Below, in pieces: positions 22,862 to 30,165 of a DNA stretch of 32,000 bases. How positions within the stretch are numbered: the first letter of the stretch is position 1; the number at the start of each line of letters is the position of its first letter. The notes below the pieces were generated by a model. The model ran no database searches, was not told the origin of the DNA, and saw nothing but the letters and a program-made list of their open reading frames with translations. Both the position numbers and the translations under genes were made by a program. The DNA lies in the NCBI GenBank assembly GCA_041662745.1, contig JBAZRV010000002.1:60001-92000 (forward strand). The letters are read 5' to 3'. This DNA comes from Patescibacteria group bacterium (GTDB lineage Bacteria; Patescibacteriota; Patescibacteriia; 2-01-FULL-39-33).

Positions 22862-23926
22862 TTAAAAATTCTCATACAATCTTTCCGCTTCAGGAATAGC
22901 CGCAAACAGTTGATGCTGGAATTCTTCAATTACCCCGCGGATTTCCCACTGAGCATGGGAATCCAGCCGCAATTTGAATACCCGGAACCATTGCTCTAAA
23001 TTGCCAGCCATGCAAATTTCCGAGGCTACGGCGTTGGGCAATATAAAGCGGGCGTCTTCCTTGAGTTTTTTGCCCTTCAATCCCATTCGCTCCATTGAGC
23101 CAAGCAATTTTTGATACATTAGATTGCTTTCTTGCAATTGCGTCAAATATAGATCGCTCAATTCGGCTTCTACAATGGATGGCGGTACGATGAAATACCC
23201 GTTTTCAATGAAACCTCTTTCATCGCAATAACGTTGCGATTCTTGCGCGAAAGAAGAACGGCGATGGCGGACAAGCTGGTGGGTAAAGGCGCGGGAGCCG
23301 ACAAAGCGAGCCGCGGCCCAATAATGCTTGAGTTTTTCTTGATCAGTCAAAGGCGACTCCGAGATATTATAAAAACCATGTTCCACGCAATAGCAGTGCC
23401 AATAACAGAATTTTGATTTATTATCGTTTAAGATTTCTTGCTGGGCCCTATTCTCTATCTCGCCTTCTACGATTTCCGGATAGTGGACGGCTAAATCAAG
23501 ATAAATGGCTATGCTTTCAATATAATCCCGATAGTCCAAAGAAATAGTCCGCAACAAATCGCGAAATGATCGGAAATTTCCACTGATTAGGAAATGCTTT
23601 TTCTCTTCCGTCACTTGAACGCAAGCCCCGGATTTTAACACCTCAATCAGCCATTCTTTTAAACGTTCGGAACCGGTTAATCGTTCGGAATCGGTTTTGG
23701 GGAGTTTGAAGGTCAGCCAGGAGAATTCTATCATGGCCTCGTGGCCGCTTTTGATCAGGGCGCCCACAAAGCGCCGAGCAGAGTCATCGCTGATTTTGTC
23801 TTGTGATTTATAGCAGGTTCGGCCGGCTAATTCCACTAATTTCAATTGATCAATCGGTTGTCCGGTCGCATCCAATAATTCCGGTTTGGCAGTCTTTACG
23901 GCTAAGAGCTTAACCGTGTTTTTCAT
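22862..23926 (-). CDS. thyX: FAD-dependent thymidylate synthase, elongated form
   Basis: ThyX signature RHRRSSFAQESQRY (RHRxxSxxxxSxRY). At 354 aa it is longer than the forms I know. Confidence 0.85.
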   Translation of the reverse strand: MKNTVKLLAVKTAKPELLDATGQPIDQLKLVELAGRTCYKSQDKISDDSARRFVGALIKSGHEAMIEFSWLTFKLPKTDSERLTGSERLKEWLIEVLKSGACVQVTEEKKHFLISGNFRSFRDLLRTISLDYRDYIESIAIYLDLAVHYPEIVEGEIENRAQQEILNDNKSKFCYWHCYCVEHGFYNISESPLTDQEKLKHYWAAARFVGSRAFTHQLVRHRRSSFAQESQRYCDERGFIENGYFIVPPSIVEAELSDLYLTQLQESNLMYQKLLGSMERMGLKGKKLKEDARFILPNAVASEICMAGNLEQWFRVFKLRLDSHAQWEIRGVIEEFQHQLFAAIPEAERLYENF

Positions 23927-23928
23927 TT

Positions 23929-24654
23929 TTATGCTCCTTGATTTTTGCCGATTAAGGCATCTAAATGTTTTTTGATTCGTTCAAACACTTCTTCTTTGGT
24001 GCCGATGCCATTAATCACTTTGACTCGCTCGGGTTCTTGCCGGGCGATTTGCTTATACATGTCTCTGGCGCGTTCAAAGAATTCTTTTCCGTACATCCGT
24101 TCAAAAAAAGCCAGCTTGTCGGGATGTTCCTGAGCCAATCGTTCCAGCATTGTGGCGATCGGAATGTCAATGAACAATGTCAGGTCGGGCTTGACGCCCT
24201 GCAAAGCAAAACGGTTGGCAGCGGCAATGAATTTGACTATGGCCGGATCGCCATTGGCGTGTCCGCCACCCTGGTAGGCCACGGAAGAGTCGCCCAAGCG
24301 ATCGCATAAGACCGTCTTGCCGGCAGCCAGGGCCGGTTTGACGGCTTTATCCATGAATTCGGCGCGGCTGGCCAAGAACAAAAACAATTCGCAGGCCATG
24401 GTGCGGGAAAAATCTTGATTTTCTGTCGGGGTCGTTTGGGCGGTATAATCATTATGCTTGGCAAGCGCTTGGTCAATGGCGGGAATGGCTTCTTCCGGAT
24501 TTTTCAGAAGTTTCCTGATGGCCTCGCCATAAAGCGTGCCCCCAGGTTCGCGCATGATTACCGGATCCAGGCCAAGATCTTGCAAATAAGCGGCGGTTTT
24601 TTTTGTTTGTACGCCCTTGCCGGCGCCTTCAATGCCCTCAAAAGAAATAATCAT
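23929..24654 (-). CDS. tmk: thymidylate kinase
   Basis: IISFEGIEGAGKGVQ P-loop and CDRLGDSSVAYQGG (DR[YH]..S..AYQG). 2 nt downstream of thyX... actually upstream in transcription order: the tmk stop is 2 nt before the thyX start. Confidence 0.85.
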   Translation of the reverse strand: MIISFEGIEGAGKGVQTKKTAAYLQDLGLDPVIMREPGGTLYGEAIRKLLKNPEEAIPAIDQALAKHNDYTAQTTPTENQDFSRTMACELFLFLASRAEFMDKAVKPALAAGKTVLCDRLGDSSVAYQGGGHANGDPAIVKFIAAANRFALQGVKPDLTLFIDIPIATMLERLAQEHPDKLAFFERMYGKEFFERARDMYKQIARQEPERVKVINGIGTKEEVFERIKKHLDALIGKNQGA

Positions 24655-24696
24655 ATTTTTCCTTTCCGGCTTCGCCTAAATCCATTGGCTTAGGCG

Positions 24697-24729
24697 GTTT
24701 TGCCTTAGTTTTGCCTTAGTTTTGCAGTT
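24697..24729. repeat. 11-bp tandem repeat (GTTTTGCCTTA x2 plus the degenerate GTTTTGCAGTT)
   Basis: Read directly in the tmk upstream region. Adjacent 7-bp-stem hairpin CGCCTAA...TTAGGCG at 24673-24696. Confidence 0.8.
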
Positions 24730-24820
24730 AAAATCGTATTGTTAAGGTGCTAAATTGTTGGATAAATTTAACACACAAATACGATTAAGTCAAAATTGAC
24801 GATTATTGCGATAATACCTT

Positions 24821-25375
24821 CTATTTTTTGATGTTTTTCATCAGTTGTTCAACTTGTTGGAATAATTCCCGTTTAGTGCCATTGTTGTCCAGTTGGAATT
24901 TTGCCCGTTTGGCGATTTGCCGGATTTGTTGCTGAAGCGGAACCCGCGAGTCGCTAAGGAATTGCCGCCAGGTTTTGGTTTTATCGTCTATGTTTTGCCG
25001 GCGGTTTTTCAGCCGGGCGAAACGAGTCTTAATTTCGCAGTCAATACCGACCAGATGGAATTCCGGCAGGGTCTTAAGATAAACCATATCCGATTCCAGG
25101 CGGATATTGGGCAGAACCACTAATTTTGATTTGGTTTGTCTGACTTCATCGTAAATAACGCGCGACAGCAGATCTTGGCCGAAGACTTGTCTTAAGTTCA
25201 TACCCAAGTCATCCATATTTTTTCGGTTTATCGGCAGGTATAACCGATTCAGGATATCGCGCAACGGCTGAGAAAAACTGACGGTTTGCGATTTGTATTT
25301 TTTTTTCAGATAAGCGGCGACAGTGTCTTTGCCGGCCGCGATTTCTCCTACCAGGCCCAAAACGATTTTGTTCAT
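24821..25375 (-). CDS. P-loop nucleotide/nucleoside-monophosphate kinase-like protein (CoaE/dNMP-kinase-like)
   Basis: 184 aa. Walker A GLVGEIAAGKDT at the N-terminus. Size and pattern fit small NMP-kinase-fold proteins. Substrate unknown. Confidence 0.5.
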   Translation of the reverse strand: MNKIVLGLVGEIAAGKDTVAAYLKKKYKSQTVSFSQPLRDILNRLYLPINRKNMDDLGMNLRQVFGQDLLSRVIYDEVRQTKSKLVVLPNIRLESDMVYLKTLPEFHLVGIDCEIKTRFARLKNRRQNIDDKTKTWRQFLSDSRVPLQQQIRQIAKRAKFQLDNNGTKRELFQQVEQLMKNIKK

Positions 25376-25509
25376 AAATTATTGATATTTGTTGTTTAAT
25401 TAATTGTAGCAAGAATTTTTGAATTTTGGTATTTTAAAATATTCTTTATCTAAATTTAGGCAATATTTTAGTAAATTATGTTAATTTTAACTATTTATAT
25501 TGATTTTGT

Positions 25510-25538
25510 TTGACTTTATTATCTGTCCGTGCTATAAT
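25510..25538 (+). promoter_or_regulatory. near-consensus sigma70 promoter (TTGACT-17-TATAAT)
   Basis: Hexamers at 25510-25515 and 25533-25538, about 83 nt upstream of the ATG. Confidence 0.6.
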
Positions 25539-25621
25539 TAAATGTCAGTTAGAAGCACCTTAAATCGTTTTTGACTTATTTTTGTTTTGCAAACCGTAAA
25601 CCCGACTGAAAGGAGTGTGCC

Positions 25622-26674
25622 ATGCGCAACGCAAGAGTCATCATCGTTTTGTCAATCATTTATTGTTTCGTTTTCTCTTTCTCCTGTCTGGCCGACGTCT
25701 ACCATGACGCCGATACGAATCAGGATAATGCGATTGATCTCAGCGAATTGCTCCGAGTCATCCAATTCTTCAATAGCGGCGGTTATTACGGTTGCCCGGA
25801 TCAAGGCACGGAAGACGGTTTTTGCCCGGCCGTTGATGACGAGACGACTTTTGATCTCAGTATCGCCGGCCTGAGTTTTATTCCTGAGGCCTTTGATCAT
25901 CCCGACTGGGATCATTTGGTTGCGGAAATCAACGCCACCGAAGTTCCGAGCGGGCCGTTCAAGGTGACGTTTTTCCTGGACAAGACGATTCTCGCCGAAT
26001 ATGAAGCCCAGCCCGTTTCGCAATCCTGGCTCTATGGCGCGCGTCTGCCCGATGACATTGAGCGTGGCATCAAGCATACGGCAACGGTGGAAGTTGATAT
26101 TGACAGTCGTCTTGAAGAGACGGATGAGAATAACAACAACACTTTTAACATTACCTTTACCGTGCCCGAATCCGGCGAGGGTGAGGGTGAAGGCGAAGGT
26201 GAAGGCGAGGGTGAAGGCGAGGGTGAAGGCGAGGGTGAAATAGAGCCAGTGCTCGTTCCAACCATTACTTTTTATTGTCCGACGGCCGAAGACCGGATTG
26301 CGGTGTCCGTCATGATTCCGCGCGTTGATGATCTGCGTTCTTTCCTGGTTGATCCGACTATCGGAGAAATCGCTTATGTCGGAGTCGCCGGCCCTCATGG
26401 CAATTGGAGCTGGGATCCGGAAAACAGTCCGAACAGTCCCGATGTGGTGCCGGTTGAGATTGCGGATCCGGATGTTATCGGCCTGACGACCGGTTTTGAA
26501 CCTTGGGCGTCGGACCATTTCCGAGGAAATCTGTTCGCCGTGGATAATGCCGGCCAAATGTCTTTCTTCAATCTGGAGCAATGGACGGTAAGTTACGGCG
26601 ACAATGAGTCCGTGGTGATTCCGGATGGTGAGGGATTAGTCATTGATTTCTACCGTGATAGTGGCGGTTGTTGA
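25622..26674 (+). CDS. secreted EF-hand-loop / (Gly-Glu)11-linker protein, paralog 2
   Basis: Signal peptide ...FSCLA|D. DTNQDNAIDLSE EF-hand-type loop, LLRVIQFFNSGGYYGCPDQGTEDGFCP, an 11x Gly-Glu tract, and a C-terminal domain co-linear with paralog 1 (LVDPTIGE.AYVGVAGPHGNWSWDPENSP...DHFRGNLFAVDNAGQMSFFNLEQW). Confidence 0.75.
   Translation: MRNARVIIVLSIIYCFVFSFSCLADVYHDADTNQDNAIDLSELLRVIQFFNSGGYYGCPDQGTEDGFCPAVDDETTFDLSIAGLSFIPEAFDHPDWDHLVAEINATEVPSGPFKVTFFLDKTILAEYEAQPVSQSWLYGARLPDDIERGIKHTATVEVDIDSRLEETDENNNNTFNITFTVPESGEGEGEGEGEGEGEGEGEGEGEIEPVLVPTITFYCPTAEDRIAVSVMIPRVDDLRSFLVDPTIGEIAYVGVAGPHGNWSWDPENSPNSPDVVPVEIADPDVIGLTTGFEPWASDHFRGNLFAVDNAGQMSFFNLEQWTVSYGDNESVVIPDGEGLVIDFYRDSGGC
26174..26239 (+). 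repeat. 66-nt GGN-GAR hexanucleotide tract encoding (Gly-Glu)x11
   Basis: GGCGAGGGTGAGGGTGAAGGCGAAGGTGAAGGCGAGGGTGAAGGCGAGGGTGAAGGCGAGGGTGAA. The paralog has only 4 Glu-Gly pairs (19406-19429). Confidence 0.9.
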
Positions 26675-26694
26675 ATTAAACATTGTACTTTGCA

Positions 26695-26726
26695 AGCGGT
26701 TGGCACATTGCCGGCCGCTTTTTTTG
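26695..26726 (+). terminator. intrinsic terminator after paralog 2
   Basis: AGCGG-tt-GGC-acatt-GCC-gg-CCGCT followed by TTTTTTT. Confidence 0.65.
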
Positions 26727-26780
26727 TTAAATGGCAAAAGAAAAACCGCTCCCTTTTTCCGCAACCCCCTGAATTTTTTG

Positions 26781-26813
26781 AAAAATAAAACCCCCGGTTA
26801 TCTGATCGGGGGG
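26781..26813 (-). terminator. intrinsic terminator of the 26830-27168 gene
   Basis: On the minus strand: CCCCCG-atcagataac-CGGGGG followed by TTTTATTTTT. Confidence 0.7.
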
Positions 26814-26829
26814 GTGCTAATGGTATTCG

Positions 26830-27168
26830 TTAGATTTCAATCTGGTTGTATGGCTCAAGATCCAATAAAATAATGATCGCCTTCAGCAGGATTCCCATTT
26901 TTTTCTGGTTGGGATAGCGGCAACTAACGACCAACTCGTTATGCTGTTTGCCCCGTCTAATCCAATAGTCATTGCCAGTGCCTATTTGGAATTTTTGTTC
27001 TGCTACGTTTTCAAATAGTTGGCCGTCGGCGGTCAAGATTCTGGCGATTCTTTCGCAGTAGATCCGATAGTCCCTGGGCATGAATTTGGGGTTGACGCAG
27101 AATCTAAAACAGAAATGATCCCATGACGGAATGTAGGGCTCTTTCGTTTCGCTTGCATCGGTCGCCAT
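26830..27168 (-). CDS. hypothetical 112-aa protein (orphan)
   Basis: Own perfect consensus promoter, RBS AAGGAG, own terminator. No recognisable motif. Confidence 0.55.
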   Translation of the reverse strand: MATDASETKEPYIPSWDHFCFRFCVNPKFMPRDYRIYCERIARILTADGQLFENVAEQKFQIGTGNDYWIRRGKQHNELVVSCRYPNQKKMGILLKAIIILLDLEPYNQIEI

Positions 27169-27221
27169 CGCTTTTCTCCTTATGGTTTAAGTTTTAAACT
27201 TTCCAGTTGACTCGTTGGCTT

Positions 27222-27250
27222 ATTATAGTGCCAATTATTGAATTTGTCAA
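27222..27250 (-). promoter_or_regulatory. perfect consensus sigma70 promoter (TTGACA-17-TATAAT) on the minus strand
   Basis: The plus-strand text is ATTATA (27222-27227) ... TGTCAA (27245-27250). Confidence 0.65.
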
Positions 27251-27260
27251 GAGCTGTTAA

Positions 27261-27288
27261 ATATAAAAACCGCCTTGGTAAGCGGCTT
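27261..27288 (-). terminator. terminator-like hairpin after rplA
   Basis: On the minus strand: AAGCCGC-ttaccaag-GCGGTTT followed by TTATATTT. Confidence 0.5.
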
Positions 27289-27324
27289 TTATATTATATA
27301 GCGGTTTCTGGTCGTGTAATCTAT

Positions 27325-28023
27325 TTATTGTAAATTAACCTTGATGCCGGGGCCCATGGCCGTAGTGATGGTAACGTTTTTAATGAAAGTTCCTTTGGCG
27401 GCAACGGGTTTGGCTTTATTTAGGGCATCCATGAAAGCCTGGTAATTTTCCGCCAATTGGGCCGTCTCAAATGAAGACCGGCCGATCGCCACATGGATGT
27501 TGCCGCTGTCGTCATTTTTGAAAGTAACCTTGCCTTTTTTCAGATTAATGACGGCTTCGGCGATATTATTGGTAACCGTGCCGTCTTTAGGATTAGGCAT
27601 TAGGCCTTTGGGGCCAAGGATTTTAGCGATTGGCGCTAAAAGTTTCATGGCTTCGGGCGTAGCAACCAGGACGTCAAAGTTGATTTTTCCGGTCTTGATT
27701 TCATTGACCAAATCCTGATCGCCGGCCAGGTCGGCGCCGGAGGCCTTGGCGTTCTTGATTTGATCGCCATTAGTGGAAATGACAGCCACCTTGATTGATT
27801 TGCCGGTGCCGTGAGGCAGGGCGGCCGAGCTTCTAACCTGTTGTTCGGTTTTTTTGGGGTTGATTCCCAACTTGACATGAACTTCTACGGACGCGTCAAA
27901 TTTGACGGTTGAGGTTTTTTTGGCCAAATCCACCGCTTCGCCGATGGAGTAGGATTTATTGGCATCTACCAGTTCTTTGGCCGCCAGAAATCTTTTGGAC
28001 GGCTTGTGATCTACTTTTTTCAT
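27325..28023 (-). CDS. rplA: 50S ribosomal protein L1
   Basis: Typical L1 sequence (FDASVEVHVKLGINPKK...QVRSSAALPHGTGK...GADLAG...FDVLVATPEAM...LGPKGLMPNPK.GTVT). Confidence 0.95.
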   Translation of the reverse strand: MKKVDHKPSKRFLAAKELVDANKSYSIGEAVDLAKKTSTVKFDASVEVHVKLGINPKKTEQQVRSSAALPHGTGKSIKVAVISTNGDQIKNAKASGADLAGDQDLVNEIKTGKINFDVLVATPEAMKLLAPIAKILGPKGLMPNPKDGTVTNNIAEAVINLKKGKVTFKNDDSGNIHVAIGRSSFETAQLAENYQAFMDALNKAKPVAAKGTFIKNVTITTAMGPGIKVNLQ

Positions 28024-28122
28024 AATATTTTCGTTTAGTGGTCATGGCGAGCTTGGTCAGCTCTCCCACGTTAATTAATTTTTGTTTCACTTATAATCTT
28101 GTAACTTCGCCAATCGGCCGTA

Positions 28123-28548
28123 TTAGTCAACGACTTCCACGCCCATTTGTTTGCAGGTGCCTTCAATGGTTTTCATGGCAGCCTCAACACTGGTAGTATT
28201 TAAATCAGGCAGTTTTTTTTCGGCCACTTCGCGGATTTGCTTTTTGGTGATTTTGCCGACTTTCTCCTTAAGGGATTTGCCGGAGCCTTTTTCCAGGCCG
28301 ATGGCCTTTTTGATTAAAGCGGAGGCCGGAGCGATTTTCAGGATGAAATCATAGGAGCGATCTTCATAAACCGTGATTTCCACCGGAGTGATTTCACCTT
28401 GGCGATCTTGGCTGGCCGCATTGAACCTTTGGCAGAATTCGGCGATATTAAGGCCGTGTTGGCCTAAAGCCGGACCGACCGGAGGCGCCGGATTGGCCGC
28501 TCCGCCGGGGATTTGCAATTTGATGATTGTCTTGATCTTTTTAGCCAT
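28123..28548 (-). CDS. rplK: 50S ribosomal protein L11
   Basis: [32 protein letters not shown] is the canonical L11 N-terminus. Confidence 0.95.
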   Translation of the reverse strand: MAKKIKTIIKLQIPGGAANPAPPVGPALGQHGLNIAEFCQRFNAASQDRQGEITPVEITVYEDRSYDFILKIAPASALIKKAIGLEKGSGKSLKEKVGKITKKQIREVAEKKLPDLNTTSVEAAMKTIEGTCKQMGVEVVD

Positions 28549-28663
28549 AAATTTAAGTTCGTAAAGCTCGCGATTAAGTCGCGAACTAGACCCCTTTGCT
28601 TGTCCAACCTGAGCCGGACGAGAGTCGCCTCTTGCAAGAGTATCGTTTATTTATAATTAATTA
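28549..28663 (-). promoter_or_regulatory. structured rplK-rplA leader (possible L1-binding autoregulatory leader)
   Basis: 115-nt GC-enriched spacer between nusG and rplK, with hairpins on the minus strand (CTCTTG/CAAGAG; AGTTCGCGA-cttaa-TCGCGAGCT). The functional assignment comes from operon context only. Confidence 0.3.
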
Positions 28664-29209
28664 TTAAATTTTCTTGATTTGTAAAAAGTCTAATTCCACC
28701 GGCGTTTCGCGTCCGAACATATTGATCATTACTTTGATTTTGCCTCTGGTTTCGTCTATTTCTTCCACTTTTCCTTCCATATTCTTGAACGGTCCGTCCA
28801 CAATCCTGACCGGGTCGCCGGCGGCGATGTCAATCTGGAATTCCGGTTCGTTGACGCCCATGCGCTTCTGCAGGGATTTGACTTCCTCTTCAGAAACGGG
28901 AGTCGGGGTATTGCCGGAGCCGACAAAACCGGTAACGTGCGGCGTGTTGCGCACCACATACCAGGAATCATCGGTAACAATCATCTCTACCAGCACGTAG
29001 CCGGGGTAGATTTTTTCTTCCACGATTTTCCGTTTGCCGTTTTTAATGCGGATTTTTTTCTCTTTGGGGATTATGACATTGAAGATTTTGTCTTCCATGT
29101 CCATGGATTCAATACGCTGTTTAAGGTTGTGCTCCACGGCTTCCTCCAAACCGGAGTAGGTGTGGATAACATACCAGCGTCTGCCAAGTTGCAATGTTTG
29201 TTTGGCCAT
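28664..29209 (-). CDS. nusG: transcription termination/antitermination factor NusG
   Basis: WYVIHTYSG.E..V NGN domain plus the C-terminal KOW (GDPVRIVDGPFKNMEGKVEEID...KIKVMINMFGRETPVELDF.Q). Confidence 0.95.
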   Translation of the reverse strand: MAKQTLQLGRRWYVIHTYSGLEEAVEHNLKQRIESMDMEDKIFNVIIPKEKKIRIKNGKRKIVEEKIYPGYVLVEMIVTDDSWYVVRNTPHVTGFVGSGNTPTPVSEEEVKSLQKRMGVNEPEFQIDIAAGDPVRIVDGPFKNMEGKVEEIDETRGKIKVMINMFGRETPVELDFLQIKKI

Positions 29210-29328
29210 AAATTTAATTTGTAAAGCCTAAAACTGAAAGTCAAAAGTCGTCAACAGGGTAGCAGTTCAACAACTTTATGGAATTTTCGAGCTTAAGACC
29301 TTACGAACTTAATGTGCTATTTAGTAAA

Positions 29329-29529
29329 TTATTTAACAAAATTAATCAGATTTTCCAGCCCTAAAGTCAAAAGGAAATCCACCAGGCCCAAAAACAGGGC
29401 GACGGCCAGAGAAATCCCGATTACCAAAATGGTGTGCTGTTTGATTTCTTTTCTGGTCGGCCAAGTGACGTTTTTCATCTCGGCGTAGGAATCTTTCAGA
29501 TATTTTGCTGTGTTTTCAGTGAAAGACAT
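29329..29529 (-). CDS. secE: preprotein translocase subunit SecE
   Basis: 66 aa. EMKNVTWPTRKE followed by a single TM helix. Conserved position upstream of nusG. Confidence 0.85.
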   Translation of the reverse strand: MSFTENTAKYLKDSYAEMKNVTWPTRKEIKQHTILVIGISLAVALFLGLVDFLLTLGLENLINFVK

Positions 29530-29594
29530 AATTTTTGTATTTTAAAACTCCCATTCGGGGGAGCTTTATTGTAGCTGTATTATATACTATTAAG

Positions 29595-29903
29595 TCAGGC
29601 GTTGTCAAGCGCCTCATTGCTCTTTTTTTTGGCTAAGTTATCGGGGTTGGGGGAGTAGAGCTTGTTTTTTATCTTCCATTGGCCGACAAATTGGCCGATA
29701 CCGTCATTTTCCAGCTTGTGTTGGAGTTTTGGCCGGCTTTGCGACCATTTGAGCAGTGATTCAAAATTGATTTTATATACTCCGCGAACCACTATATAAA
29801 GCACTTCGCTGTTGGCGATGGCGCGGCGAACGGTCTTTTCGTTGACCCCAAATAAATTGGCTGCTTGGGATATTGTTACCCTTACTGGCGCTTTTTCTGC
29901 CAT
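29595..29903 (-). CDS. helix-turn-helix DNA-binding protein (excisionase/MerR-like HTH)
   Basis: 102 aa. The N-terminus VTISQAANLFGVNEKTVRRAIANSEV is a classic HTH. Confidence 0.6.
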   Translation of the reverse strand: MAEKAPVRVTISQAANLFGVNEKTVRRAIANSEVLYIVVRGVYKINFESLLKWSQSRPKLQHKLENDGIGQFVGQWKIKNKLYSPNPDNLAKKKSNEALDNA

Positions 29904-29970
29904 AAAATATCTAAATTTAGCAAATTATTGTCTTTTAGCTCAGTTTTAAATGCCTTTTGCTTATGATTTA

Positions 29971-29992
29971 TTGTCCGGACATGTCTGGACAA
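29971..29992. promoter_or_regulatory. 22-bp near-perfect palindrome (candidate operator)
   Basis: TTGTCCGGACA|TGTCTGGACAA, 10 of 11 positions symmetric, 68-89 bp upstream of the HTH gene start. Confidence 0.45.
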
Positions 29993-30135
29993 ATCTTATC
30001 ACGGCGGGGGATTAATGTCAAAAGTTTCGGGGGTATGGCTTTTAATCAATGCTTTATTCTAACAGCAGTCATCGGCGCCTGTGGATAACATCAAGTTAGG
30101 TAATGTTTATTTTATATTTAATCGTATAGGCCTGC

Positions 30136-30165
30136 TTGCCAGATTGAGCCAAATGGTGCTATAAT
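30136..30165 (+). promoter_or_regulatory. candidate sigma70 promoter TTGCCA-18-TATAAT
   Basis: Hexamers at 30136-30141 and 30160-30165. The nearest downstream ORF starts ~250 nt away. Confidence 0.35.

Noticed and set aside
25652-26581. 309-aa minus-strand ORF, and the 26032-26265(-) SPSPSP and 26001-26243(+) ORFs, inside paralog 2.
   Set aside because: They are antisense or off-frame readings of the (GGN-GAR)n tract and GC-rich CDS. The plus-strand frame is supported by the paralog alignment, signal peptide, promoter and terminator.
19181-26674. The two paralogous genes as ends of a composite transposon or invertible segment.
   Set aside because: They are in direct orientation, only ~70% identical at best over short stretches, and have no IR or TSD. 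The enclosed genes (gatB, thyX, tmk) are core functions.
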